Below are positions 50,727 to 62,642 of a DNA stretch of 64,000 nt, piece after piece (position 1 is the stretch's first letter; the number at the start of each line of letters is the position of its first letter). The stretch spans positions 93,443 to 157,442 of the IMG/VR virus record IMGVR_UViG_3300047548_001271. One strand, written 5' to 3'. The notes beneath the pieces are model-generated. The model searched no databases. It saw only the letters and a list, made by a program, of their open reading frames with translations, and was not told where the DNA came from. The position numbers were made by a program, and so were the translations under genes. Origin of the DNA: a virus.

Positions 50727-52768
50727 CGCAATCCCCTTTGACAAAAAAGAAAAGACATGATTCCTTTTATCGAGCTTGAGTAATTAGCCACGCCAAACGA
50801 AGTATACAAGATCTGAGTGTTATGTCAAGCGATTTACCAAGCTGTGGGCACAAAATCATCGCCAGATTTTTCCCAGTAAACTCTGCGGTTTCCACAACAA
50901 CAGCGTTTACTAAAACCATTCCACCCATTGCAAGATTCCCCTGCGTCATCACAATTATTTCCATCAAAGTCTAAATAATCGAACCCCAAACCATATACAA
51001 TTGGGAGTATTTTTGAGCGGATTAATTGAATATCACTAATATCGCAAACGCCGGAAAATGCTGTTTTAATTTCATCGTTGGAAAAAGATTCAATTGGAAC
51101 GAGAGAATCAATAATATTTTCTATAATTTCATCTCGGTTGATTTTAGATTTCATTGTTCATTTTTCCATTGTTAAAAGATAATTTTCTAACACAGAAGTG
51201 TGTTTTATTAACCGGTCAATATAAGCCCTATACTCTTCTACTTTTTTTAGTAGAAATGTTTTTAGCAATTCTTTGTCTTCTGGATTTGCTAATACATCTG
51301 GGTCGTCAATTAAGTAGTTATTATGCTCATCAAGAAAAAAACACATGGTTTGAGGGTCAACAAAAGGATAGTGCATTTGATCACCTACCAAAAATTCTTG
51401 TGATTATATTATACAATTAGTTTGTATACTGTCAAGAAATTTCACCAATCATTTTTTCAGCTTCTAACAATTTTTCGTTGGCTTGACAGAGTGGTATTTC
51501 ATCTTGTAGAGACTCTATAGCAGCTCGTCTTACTGACATCCAACAACTTTCAACTTTTTGTAGTTTTTCTTTATTAGTTAGTAAATACCAGCTACAAGCT
51601 TGTGTGGATTCCCAAAACTTACACAATAATTTTATTTGAGATTTTCTTGCTGGAAGTATTTTATTATGAATTTTTTCCTTTTCTTCCCAACCAAGAGGGC
51701 AGCAATGAAACATGTACGCAAGCTCTATTGCAGCTTGAAATCTGAGATAGCATTGTTCATTAAATGAACACTCTCGTTCGTATATATTCCAACATGCTGT
51801 TATGTTTTTACAAATTCCAGAAAAATATGCATCTGCAATAAAATTTTCAACTTTTGTCATTGTTCAGCTCCAATCATTTTTTGCTGGTGAAATTGGTGTC
51901 GCTTGGCCATTTTCTATATTGGTAATATCAAAAGCATCAACCCATTGAGCAGACATTCTTTCTCGCGGAAGTTCAAACTTTTCACAATAATGATCTAAAA
52001 TTTGATTAGCACTCCAAAATTCAAATTCATGAACTGGTATTACATATCGTGGTATTTTATTAATCGAGATCAGTAGGGCGTTTTGCATTATAATTCTCCA
52101 AGAATTGTGATTTGGCGTAAGACTCGCTACTATTGTAGACTATCATACGCCTATACGGGTTTTTACAAAAAACGCTGTACCGTCTATCATTATCTATGAT
52201 AATTCCAGAAGCGTAATCATCACGCAGAAAGAAGTGCTCATTTTCACAAATAATAACACAAGCCATATCACATTCTCCAAACTTCGTGCTTTTGACTCGT
52301 CATGTGACGATTATACAATTGGAACGGCTATTGTCAAGCCCTTTTTTCGCGATTCTGGATGTATTTTTTTACGAGCGAGTCTTTTCGTTCTTGATCAATC
52401 ATTGTGCTGATTTTATAAACTAATCTGTAATAAGCATGGTCAATAGGATTCCATTTATCATTTTTATCAATCCATATCGGCGTTTTATTTTCAAGCTTAT
52501 TTTCGTTTTTCCGCCACCATTCCAAATCCACAAGCCTAGAAACCAAAATTTCGCATTCAATTAAGTCTGTATCAAGAAAAACTAATTTAACAGTTGCCGT
52601 TTCCACATTTTTAATAAATGAAAGATGACAAGCATCACGAATGCTTACCATCTCAAGATCAGTTGTCATTTTGATTCCTTTTCTAATCCATTACAATCAA
52701 CTCAGATAAGTTAGCAGCCAATCGAAGATTACGCTCTTCAGCTTCTGTATTTTTTATAATTTGCATAT

Positions 52769-53137
52769 TTACACCTTTTTTGGAAGATTTTCTACTGAAA
52801 GACCATGTTGATGAGCAAGATCTATCAATAGATCACGCCAGTCCTCAACTGCACAATCTTCGTCATCATGAATTAATTGCAATCTATATATGAATCCTAC
52901 ATGTCTTTCTGGCACAAGCTTGTCCTCACAAAGTTTCCTCCAGTTCTTATTTTCCATTAGTTCATTATAATATTCGTCTGGAATAAGACAGCCAGCCGCA
53001 CAAGACATTCCATTAAATCTATATTTACACTGAAATACACCATCATCTTCTTTTGTCCCGCAACGTTCATTTTGCGAGAGCAAATGCATGGCGACCTTAT
53101 CGAAAACCTCTTGTTCAGTTTCTGGTAGTTCAAACAT
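52769..53137 (-). CDS. hypothetical protein, paralog of 53130..53501
   Basis: MFxLPE..QEVFDKVA.HLL.QN.RC...CKYR.NGMSCAAGCLIPD...LQ..HD. Confidence 0.7.
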   Translation of the reverse strand: MFELPETEQEVFDKVAMHLLSQNERCGTKEDDGVFQCKYRFNGMSCAAGCLIPDEYYNELMENKNWRKLCEDKLVPERHVGFIYRLQLIHDDEDCAVEDWRDLLIDLAHQHGLSVENLPKKV

Positions 53138-53501
53138 TTTTGATTCTTTCTTTTATTGAAGCCGTTGACAAACCAAAATTATTAGCAATCTCTATTAATC
53201 CAGTATTCCAATCTTCAACATCGTCTCTGTCATGTAAATTTTGCAAAGCTATTATTAAATCGCTATGTCTTGCTTCAACAAAACCCGCATCTATAAGACC
53301 CTCCCAAGTATCGCCTTCCATGTCAATATGATAACAATCATCTGGGATTAGGCATCCAGCAGCACAAGACATTCCGTTAAGTCTATATTTACATGTTAGC
53401 CCACTGCTATAGTTTATTATAGCACAACGCTGGTTTTGTGTCAACAAATGATTTGCAACCTTATCGAAGACTTCTTGAGCGGATTCTGGCAAAGTAAACA
53501 T
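53130..53501 (-). CDS. hypothetical protein, paralog of 52769..53137
   Basis: Same motifs; tandem duplication. Confidence 0.7.
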   Translation of the reverse strand: MFTLPESAQEVFDKVANHLLTQNQRCAIINYSSGLTCKYRLNGMSCAAGCLIPDDCYHIDMEGDTWEGLIDAGFVEARHSDLIIALQNLHDRDDVEDWNTGLIEIANNFGLSTASIKERIKNV

Positions 53502-55202
53502 ATTAATTACCTTTTATCTTTTAATGATTTTTTGATATGATCATTCAGAAATAAAAACATTCTTTGGTAAGAAGAAAATCTATTATCTACATAAAAATCA
53601 CATTCTATTGAAATTGATTTAGTAATACATTGAAATCGCAGTGGTGTCGGTTGTTCGAATGGACTAACATAAATTCCATAAGTCAATCCTTCGTAAACTG
53701 AATTGCGTAGATAATTTAAATTAATAGTCATTTTTTACTCTTTTAATTCTTTTTATGGATCTTCTTCTATTGGAATAATATATACATCGATTTCATCTGA
53801 ATTAATTGTGTATATTACTTCAGTTACCATCCATCTATCAAGCAATGTTTCGCCAATTTGTGGAACCGCATCCAAATGATAAAACCCAAGAACAATTACT
53901 TCCAATTTATTGGATTCATAGATATGAATATTGTATTTCTTGTCAATCATTTTATTTCTCCAAGAGATGGTAATAATCTTGCAATCCATTCTCTGCATAT
54001 AACAAAGTCATAATTTTACCAGCTTTTATGTTGGCTTTTGGGATTTCTTCAATTAGTCTAGTATTAATTAAAGATATTTGTGCGTCTTCAGGGTGTGTCG
54101 GGTGTGGATAATATTCCCTAACCATCCTATATAGTACCACTGTTTCACCTTTGTCCATCGAGTAATAGCAAATGTGCTCGACTTTGGTAGGCTCTTGTGT
54201 TGTGTTCACCCATGCAACAACCATGTTTTCATTACTGATAATCATTTTATTTCTCCAAGATAATTTACTTGACTTAAATTAAAGACAAGTTTCTGTTAAA
54301 TACAACTTGTCTCTCTTCATCAGACATAGTCATTAATTCATCGAGAAAATTACGACACTGAATGGAAAGATCTTGATAGTCAGAATCAGTTACGATGCCT
54401 TCTGAAAAACCTTTTGGTTCAAATGATCTTGTAATAATATCAGAAATTGGTTTTAATGCACTTGTTTGCCAGATGGTACGATTGTCTTTGTATAATCGCA
54501 CCATGCCGATATAACCTACAGAAATGAAAATGTTTTGATCGCGGATAAAATTCTGCTGATCTGAAGAAAGATTCATTGCAATCGCAGGTGTTTTTATCCA
54601 TGTATTAATAAATTCTTCTGACGACATTAATTATTCCTTTGTTAGTTATTAACGAGTCATTTTTCAGATTGTACTAGAAAACGCTGTTTATTCAAGTAGA
54701 ATTTTCTGGTTTTCTAGTTTTTTCTGTCAAAAAAGCCCGAGCTTTCTCTTTTAGTAGTATTCATTTACGGAGAAAAATAGAGGAAAAAGCCAACTAAAAA
54801 GGAAAGAAAAATAGGGGGAAAACAGATAAAAAATAAACCCCCTAAAATATGAATAAAACCAATAAAAACCCTATATATAAATATAGAGAGGAAAGAGAAT
54901 AAGAATAATGGAGGTTTTGGTTGGTTGTTTTTGTTTTTTATACCAGGCCAGGCCGCGAGCCACTTTTTAAAAAACAAGTAAAAACACTAGTCTTTTTGCA
55001 CTTTTTAAATCTTATGACTCATAAAAACACATAGCCAAGCGATCAAAATAGTGAGTGAAGAGCTAAAAAAGAACATTACAAATTTGTGAAGTTTTAGATC
55101 ACTTTCTTCTGAATATTCATTTAATAGTTCCCAAAATACGATATTCATAGCCAAAATTATATAAATTGAGAGCATTTTTAATCCTTTTTTAGTAAAAACC
55201 CC

Positions 55203-55335
55203 ACCACAACATATAGTGGTTGACGGCAATCGTCAAATTTTGTGTTTCCCTCTGGTGTTTTTGATATAAAACACGGCGTTTTTTGATGTTTTTGGTTTTT
55301 GATGCTGTTTTGACTAGACCACAATATATAGTGGT
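55203..55335. promoter_or_regulatory. two NrdR-box-like palindromes
   Basis: ACCACAACATATAGTGGT (55203-55220) and ACCACAATATATAGTGGT (55318-55335). Confidence 0.5.
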
Positions 55336-58300
55336 TTGGTCTTAAAATGAACACAATTTATCGAATTTTTTTGTTGAGCGAGGTACGGTTCGATTCATCA
55401 CAGCCATAGTTGCTTTTCTCAGAGCTTCAACGTTCGGCCCTTTTAAATCTAAAAGAAAACAAGTGAGTGATAGATCTGAATATAATTTATACACACTATA
55501 AGATGTATATTGAGATATATGATAGTCACTAGTTTGACCCGGAATTTCGTTTTTAAACGATCTTATAAGTTTCAACTCGGCTTCTGAATAGTCCATCATT
55601 TGTTTACTTTCTTGTAAATACCAAGCATGCCTTGTTTTTCAAGTTCTTCGGAAGTGTAGCTATGTGTTGGTCTTGGTCTTGAGATTATGTATTTACTACT
55701 TTGAAAGTCTTTTCGTTCCGGATGTGAAATATTTGTTATCCATTCCATTATGGTAACTTCAAAATCGCTTGATGACTCTTCAGCAAAATACTGAAAAGGG
55801 TCTTCTCCATATCTTTCAATATAATTCCATTTAGAGAATAAGAGTGCGGCTTTTGCTGTTCTGAAAAATTTAAAACCTTGCTCGGTCTTTACTTGCCATG
55901 TACTTCCATTATCGGAAATTGCGAATGGAATATCTAGTTGCCCACTAATATATGCCACTTTCATTTTGCACCTCATAATAAAAAGAGATCTCTGTTACAT
56001 CCGCAATTCGAGTATGATAGTATACAAGTCTGCTATTGTCAAGACTAAACTAGTCGAAAATAGCTCAAATCAACTAAAAGGGAAGAAGACGACATTCTTA
56101 ATATTGTTAAACAAACCACTAATATTACGAGAGTTCATCATAAATCCGTCCATAACTCCGTAAAATCTATTTTCAATAGCATTTGACTTGTTTGTTACAA
56201 GACTAGAAAATATTTTTGCTTCAGTGTTTGATATTAGTCTTTTAAATTGTTTTTTCATTCTTCCTCTCTCATATTATCAAATATAAACCAAGCCACAAAA
56301 TATACTGCTATTAATATAACTATCAATTAAACCTCACAATCATTTAATTCTTTATCTGAAATTAAAAGAATGATATAGTCTTAAGATTGGTACAAAAGAT
56401 GCCAATCTTAAAAAAGGTCTTGTTTCTCGTCTTATTAATTTTAAAGAATTATTGTCATACACAGGATCAGATATATCTAGTTTGGCTTTAGAAGTAAGAT
56501 GCTTTAATTTATTCATTTTTAAACTCTTTAAAAAACTGCTTAATAAAAACAACAAAAAATAAACAAAGACATAAACTACCTAGAAGCCCGGCTAATAGTA
56601 GAAAAAAAATAAATAAACAAAAGATAAATTCCATCATTCCATACCTTTGAAAGTAAGTGGATTAACCCTTGCAACAAAATCAATTTGATCTCGCAAGAAA
56701 TTACATTCTGCTTTTTTCACTGTGTTTCCGACGCACCCAATTAGATCTCCATTCTGGTTTAATTGAACCATGTCGAAGAACCATCCATCAATACATCTAA
56801 TTGCGACGAGAACTTCCTCGCCGACTCTCCATGTGTGATCTTGTATCGGCGTCCAGTTTTGTGTTGGAGGTGTCATAATTTTCCTTAAAAATTTTATCAT
56901 TCAAACTCTCCCTTATTTTAAAGGAAGAGAAAACCAATACAAAGAGAGTAAAAAAACATAGACAAGCTAAAAAGAAAGCTATTACTATTTCAGTAAAAAG
57001 ATGTAGAATCGTCATCATTTCCCCCAATTAATATGATAATAACAACCGCGAGTATTATCAATCCAGTCATGCCTTTTCCCTTTAGTTGATTATACAAGCG
57101 AATCAAGTATTGTCAAGCGAATTCATGGTTATTGTTTTCGAAATAGAATTTCTAAGTCTTTGTGAATCAATAATCAAGTCATCAAAATTAAACGCTCTTA
57201 ATTCATCAAAAATTAATCCTAAAATATTTCCTCTATTTGCTGGTTTAATATCAGTATTGATTTTATAATAAGAGCGATTATAAATTATATTATTAATACT
57301 TTGTATTTTTTTAGGCATAATCATTTCTCGCTAAAGGAAATACACGAAGAAAAGTCTCCATAAAGTCTTCATCTTCTAAGGAGTCTAAATAAGATAGATA
57401 CTTCTTTCTCAATATTGTTGGAGGGGCGTGCTTATCTCTTCCCTTTAGAGAATTGAAGAAAACATCGTCAAAAGCATATCCATTTGCATTATGTAATTGA
57501 GAGCGAAGGTTTTGTCTTGCGAGCATGGTTAATTTTCAACTAAAAAGGAATGTTTGATGAATTTTTGCATTCTTAATGGTCCGCTATCTGCTCCAACCAA
57601 AAGGGGAAGAGTTTTATTAAAAATCTTAGTTAATCCTAGCGTATTAAATTGCAAGTTTTTCATTAGCTGTGTGTGGTTGTTTTAACTTATTCATTAAAAA
57701 GCCCGTCTTTGAAAAGAACCCATTTAATATTAAAATTAAACTCTTTATTAAAGTAATTAGTAATATATAATCTTAAACGAATCTCTTTGGAATAATAATA
57801 CACATTATCATAAACACTATCATCAATATTTCCTATACAATCATACATAATTGATGTTATTTTTTTCATTTTTTTTCTTTCGGAGGTTTTGTGTAATTTC
57901 GTGTTTAGCATTAAAATCAATATCTGTCATTTTAATGAAAATAATTTACGAGCTTTCTTTACTGAAATTAGCTCTATTGCAAGAAATAATTTTATTGAAT
58001 ACCTTACGAATAACAGACTCTTTTAAGCTGTCGAGCTGCATAGGCTTTCTTGGCATAATATACCTTAGTCTATATTTATAAAGGCGTCTAAAAGGTCATT
58101 TCTTATCGCCTGTTTAAAATATTCAAACATAAAAAGTCCTTCCCTGGTACTAGCATAAGGCCCACCAAAACCATCAAGTGAATTACTAATATTTAACTCA
58201 ACATGCCTATCAACTAATTCATAGATTGATATTATAGTTTTATGCTCAATACCTCTACATATCTTATATAAAGGATCATACCACATATTATTCTCCTTAA

Positions 58301-58458
58301 CCACCCGGAAATCTAACTATTATACAGTAGATCGGTCTAAAGTCAAGACCAAACAATCTACAAAAACCCCCTTTCTCCTTTAGTTGTTATAGGGAGAAAA
58401 TGATCAAAAGTCAATGCAAAAAAAATGTCGGGCTTAATTTTCTCAATAAAACTTCACC

Positions 58459-58595
58459 GGCAACGAGCCGCAGCGGCGAGCATCTAAATAGGGGCGAGTC
58501 AACCAACTGTGAAATTATTATCTCCCGTCTTAGAGGGAAGCGGCCCTGTCGGGCCGCTCTGCCGCGTCCATATACGGCAGAGGGCTCGACATGCC
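58459..58595 (-). ncRNA. candidate GC-rich multibranch RNA
   Basis: Closing stem GGCA..CGAGCC/GGCTCG.TGCC enclosing CTCTGCCG/CGGCAGAG and GCGGCCC/GGGCCGC hairpins. Confidence 0.5.
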
Positions 58596-59129
58596 AATCT
58601 TTTAGTCTTTTAGACAAGAAATCGCGTCTTTTGTTCTATCAATTGCGGTTTTTAAGCTTGCAAGTAAATTTTGTAAGTTCTGTTTCAAATCAGCGACGCT
58701 TTCACAATCTTCCAAACAAGACAAGTCAGCTCGAACATCATCGATGGAGCTTTCAATCTCACTTATTTCGTCTTCAATCAACTCTTGAACAGACATTTGT
58801 TGAATCCTTAAAGAGAATAAAAAAGGCCGCAGATAACCCGCTGCGGCACCCGGGAATCATTCATTCTTCGTCATCAAACCTTCGTCGTTTCTTCCTTGGT
58901 CTTTCAGCCTCAAGCTGAAGCTGTTCACATTCAAGCTCCAAGTCTCGAATGTATTTTCGGACAACATCCGCATCTTCTGGTGACAACTTTTGAAGAATTT
59001 TTTCAACCACGACCAAACAACCCCTTAAAAAAACCAACGAAAATGATGAACATAATAAAGTGCATGTGGAAACCCTAGCAAGAGAAGAGATGGCGGGTTG
59101 GAACGCCCAACCCGCACATCCACATTATA

Positions 59130-60020
59130 TCAGACAGAAAGACCAAGTGCAAGACGCTCTGCAGTATTTACTTCGGCGACACTGAAAGCTCTCACAGCCT
59201 TTCCAAACAGATCTTGAACTCGACCAGAAGCTTCGTGCTGGTGATAACCTTGCACGGCATTGTAAGCCTCCCATCCGCTCACAGGTGCGGCTGGATCAAC
59301 CCCAAGACGATTCCGCTCGTCAACCAGTCGTTGAGCAATTGCCTCTGCTCGCTTCTTATATACAGTAAGACCTCTCTTTTGTTCTTGTGATGGTACATCA
59401 CCATACACGCCACGGATGAAATCACCAAGTTTAACCTTCTGATTTCTCATCTGCTTAACAGTTGCATCAATTTGATCCCACTGACCAAGCAGTCCGCTGA
59501 ACTTCTCAATAAGCTTTTTGATATTGCCGTTGAACTTTCCGGCGGAGTGCCGAATTGCAAAACTGCATTCACCAACAGTCTTGAAAACGGCAATGTTCGA
59601 ACAAGCCACTCGATAAAATCCGAGAGTGGCGTGGAATGCTCGACCATCGTAACCGGCACGGACAATCACTCGCGGGAAAATCGCGTCGTTCTCATAAGAG
59701 ATCTTGAGCTGGTCTCGACTCGGAGAAACTGAGACATAATGCCCGTCGTTAAAATAACACTGAGTATTGTCCAGTCCTTGATATGCGTCGGATGCAGCAC
59801 TAAGAACCTCAAGCACGTCACTAACAACGTGTGGGTGGTAATTTTTCTTTACGGCACGACCAACACACTCTCCACTGTCACTACGGAAAAGTCCGTAGTG
59901 TCCAGTTGGCTGGCCATTAGGCCCAAGCATTTCATGCTTTTCAACCTCGAACTGGAACTTTTCGCGAACGGAATCAACAAACGAAGGAGTCGCACTTGAA
60001 GCAAGAATCAAACTAGTCAT
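59130..60020 (-). CDS. DUF932-family protein
   Basis: GLFRSD....G..V...Y.P, YDG...., RVACSN, IRHS, SGWEAYNAV..Y.QH. Confidence 0.75.
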   Translation of the reverse strand: MTSLILASSATPSFVDSVREKFQFEVEKHEMLGPNGQPTGHYGLFRSDSGECVGRAVKKNYHPHVVSDVLEVLSAASDAYQGLDNTQCYFNDGHYVSVSPSRDQLKISYENDAIFPRVIVRAGYDGRAFHATLGFYRVACSNIAVFKTVGECSFAIRHSAGKFNGNIKKLIEKFSGLLGQWDQIDATVKQMRNQKVKLGDFIRGVYGDVPSQEQKRGLTVYKKRAEAIAQRLVDERNRLGVDPAAPVSGWEAYNAVQGYHQHEASGRVQDLFGKAVRAFSVAEVNTAERLALGLSV

Positions 60021-60256
60021 CTTAAACACTCCAAAAGGAAACAATGGAAACCACTAAGAACATTCTATCAGAAGAACAAACAAAGTCAAGTGATTTCTTT
60101 CGTGTTGGTCTTGTCTTCGTTTGTCTGATGGATGAATTATATATATCACGTGGTTATTGTCAAACACTTTTTGTCGTTTTTTTGATCTGCGTTGATTAGT
60201 CGGCGATGGATATAATTGAGCCGCCTATGGCGGCGGCTCTGCCGCACTTATTTAAG

Positions 60257-60328
60257 TGGCCGCTACGGGAATCGAACCCGTTTCTTTCGGCTTATGAGAC
60301 CGATAAGATACCTCACCTTCCAGCGGCG
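60257..60328 (-). tRNA. tRNA-Met(CAU), probably initiator-like
   Basis: TCGGT-CTCATAA-GCCGA anticodon arm; C1:C72 mismatch. Confidence 0.82.
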
Positions 60329-61380
60329 TCAGATTATAAAGTTTTCGCATAATCAAGAATGTCAGAATGAATTCTGTGCGGACCTAAAAATTCACCGTTA
60401 TTCCACCAAGTGGTCCACCATTCAGGGAACGGGTTTTGATTAAGGAGGTCAAAGTCATCTGCAATAAGACCAAATCCAATATCAAGAATGTAATCTTCTA
60501 CGAGTCTTTCTTTAATTATATCTCCATCCACCACTTTGTCAACTGAATTTGCCAAGATTTCTTTTAGGGCGGATTCATCAACTAAAGAAAGAATCTGGGC
60601 GGGGATCATTTTGATTCCTTTTTTACATAAACATCCACGTATTCACTGTAAGAGTATGTTCTTACTTCTTCAATTCTTGGGAGGAAATCGCTTAGCGATT
60701 CTTTTTTGTACGGCATTAAATTTCGATTTGAATCATGAACATCCCCATTTTTGCGAACAGATAAAATAATCTCTTTAGAATAAGCCTCCCACAAAGTAAA
60801 TGGGATGCCTTTTTCCAAAATATGTAAGTATAGTTGTTTCGCGAGTGACATGTTATTCCTCTTGAGTGCTTGAGATGTCATTTACGCATTATATGATGCG
60901 TTTTCGCTTTGTCAAGATCTTATTTCACCTCAGTAAGTTCGTACTCAGTCGCACTGTAATTTTGCATACTTGCATAACCATTATCAATTAAAGATTTTGC
61001 GGCTTCTTCGGATTCTTCATGAGAAAAATACTGAAAGAGAAAATCGTAAATCTCATCATACGACGGCTTTGATTCAAATTTCTCAAGAACTGGAATGTGG
61101 CCATCAACATTAGATCTACTAAGAATGAACATTGTTAGTCTTTCTCTAAACTTCTTCCATTTGTTTTTCAGTCAACCACAACCCGGTCATTCTATTTGGA
61201 ACCCAGAATTCCAAATAGTATTTTGTTGGCGAATCATTTTTTATTTTAGTAATTCTGCCGGTCTTACCCCACATACTTTTTGTGATGGTATTAAGCTTTC
61301 TGACTTTTCTTTTTGTTCCTAGTAATGTTTGCATTTTTTTATTCTAACATAGAGACAGACAATGTCAAGAGAAAATTGCG

Positions 61381-61509
61381 TTCAGCGTGTTCACAGTCTT
61401 TCGACCCGAGGATACTTTCTTTTGGTAAAGATCTTCTCGTGACACATTAAGGCTTCGCCACTGGCGGTTCTAACTTCCTGCTGTGGTTGGAGGACGCGAA
61501 CCTGCTGAA
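61381..61509 (-). ncRNA. candidate structured RNA
   Basis: Terminal stem TTCAGC-GTTCGC/GTGAAC-GCTGAA with internal GTC-GAAA-GAC and CGAG/CTCG hairpins. Confidence 0.45.
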
Positions 61510-61641
61510 TCAAACCATTCTACCGGACAAACTTTATTTTTTAACGTCTTTTAGTTTCCGACATAGGGACGGGACTTTCTGTTGTTGTTTAAGGTACAAC
61601 CTGACAGCTTCCGAAACAGCATCATAAACCTTCTTGCAAGA

Positions 61642-61713
61642 TGACCCATGAGGGATTCGAACCCTCGTCCTCGGATTGAAAATCCGAGTGTCCTTCCAGT
61701 AGACGAATGGGCC
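61642..61713 (-). tRNA. tRNA-Glu(UUC)
   Basis: TCGGA-TTTTCAA-TCCGA anticodon arm. Confidence 0.9.
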
Positions 61714-62270
61714 TTTACTCTTATCGAGTAAGTAGAATATTTCCAAGTTCCGGAGAACTTACAAGCGAGTGTTCAATTATTTCCCATTTGGAAATAATGT
61801 GATACGTAGGACTGACAATCTCTTTGATCGTAAAATCATCAATCCTTTCCAAGTCATCTTGTCCTTCGCATAGTGCGTCAACACTACGCTTGAGTAGTTC
61901 TTTTATTTCATCTTCAGGTTGAGAAAGCATTGTGTGAGTCAATTCAGAACCTTCTTCTTGAAGAACATCATTTTCGTATGCCTTTGCAGTTTGACGAATG
62001 CTAAACACGGACTTGATCATTTCCTTCTCCTTTTAGTAGATTATACAACCAAAAACACGTCTGTCAAGCTTTTTTTCTGTCAATCTGTTCAATGATTTTT
62101 AAGAGTGCAAATTTTATTCTTGCGGCCTCTCCGTTTTTCATCTCTAATTTCGATACAGAGGATATTCCATATTGACAAGCTCTTTTCAGAATGTCAAGAT
62201 CAGAATCACGTATTGAAATGCTGAACTTTCGCATTTTATCTCCAAAAACGGGTTTGTCAAGTAAAAAAGA

Positions 62271-62386
62271 AACAGTCCGACCATCCGTTTTGTCCGCCAC
62301 TTACTAGATGGCTTCGTACACAATTAACACACAGGTTTTCCAAGTTTTACCAGTGTGAATAATTACGGTTTTCGCCCCGGACTGTT
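62271..62386 (-). ncRNA. three-way-junction RNA, copy A
   Basis: AACAGTCCG/CGGACTGTT, AAAAC-stem-TACGAA-GCCATCT...GGATGGT. Confidence 0.7.
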
Positions 62387-62419
62387 ATTTAGACTTGTTT
62401 GAAAAAAAATAAAAAAAGA

Positions 62420-62523
62420 AACAGTCTGACCATCCGTTAGAGAGTTCTAAAGGTTCCCTATATCTACTAGATGGCTTCGTACATAACCTATGATTATGGT
62501 TATGGTTTTTTAACCAGACTGTT
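62420..62523 (-). ncRNA. three-way-junction RNA, copy B
   Basis: AACAGTCTG/CAGACTGTT (compensatory change relative to copy A), same junction sequences. Confidence 0.7.
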
Positions 62524-62529
62524 CTTTAG

Positions 62530-62634
62530 CACGCAGGAGTTAATTACGCTCCTTTTCGAAGGCCCACCCGGTTTAGTGCCGTTTTAACCGTTTATCGAAT
62601 TACGGTAGTGTTGCTGTTAGCTTGGCCTCGCGTG
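62530..62634 (-). ncRNA. structured RNA containing the TAACAGCA...TAAAAC module
   Basis: CACGC/GCGTG and AGGCC/GGCCT stems; TAACAGCA-ACCGT(AATTCGATAA)ACGGT-TAAAAC. Confidence 0.6.
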
Positions 62635-62642
62635 TTTTTCAT

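Noticed and set aside
54765-54977. Phe-rich 70-aa ORF
   Set aside because: Product of low-complexity T tracts, with no RBS; probably non-coding
61534-61746. ORFs overlapping tRNA or tmRNA genes (also 28773-29003, 22430-22816 and the N-terminal extension of 28166-28519)
   Set aside because: Explained by open frames running through RNA genes
62271-62523. Hammerhead ribozyme or CRISPR-repeat interpretation of the duplicated elements
   Set aside because: No CUGAnGA core on the transcribed strand; only two copies with internal variable arms, not a repeat-spacer array. No CRISPR array or cas gene was seen in the window
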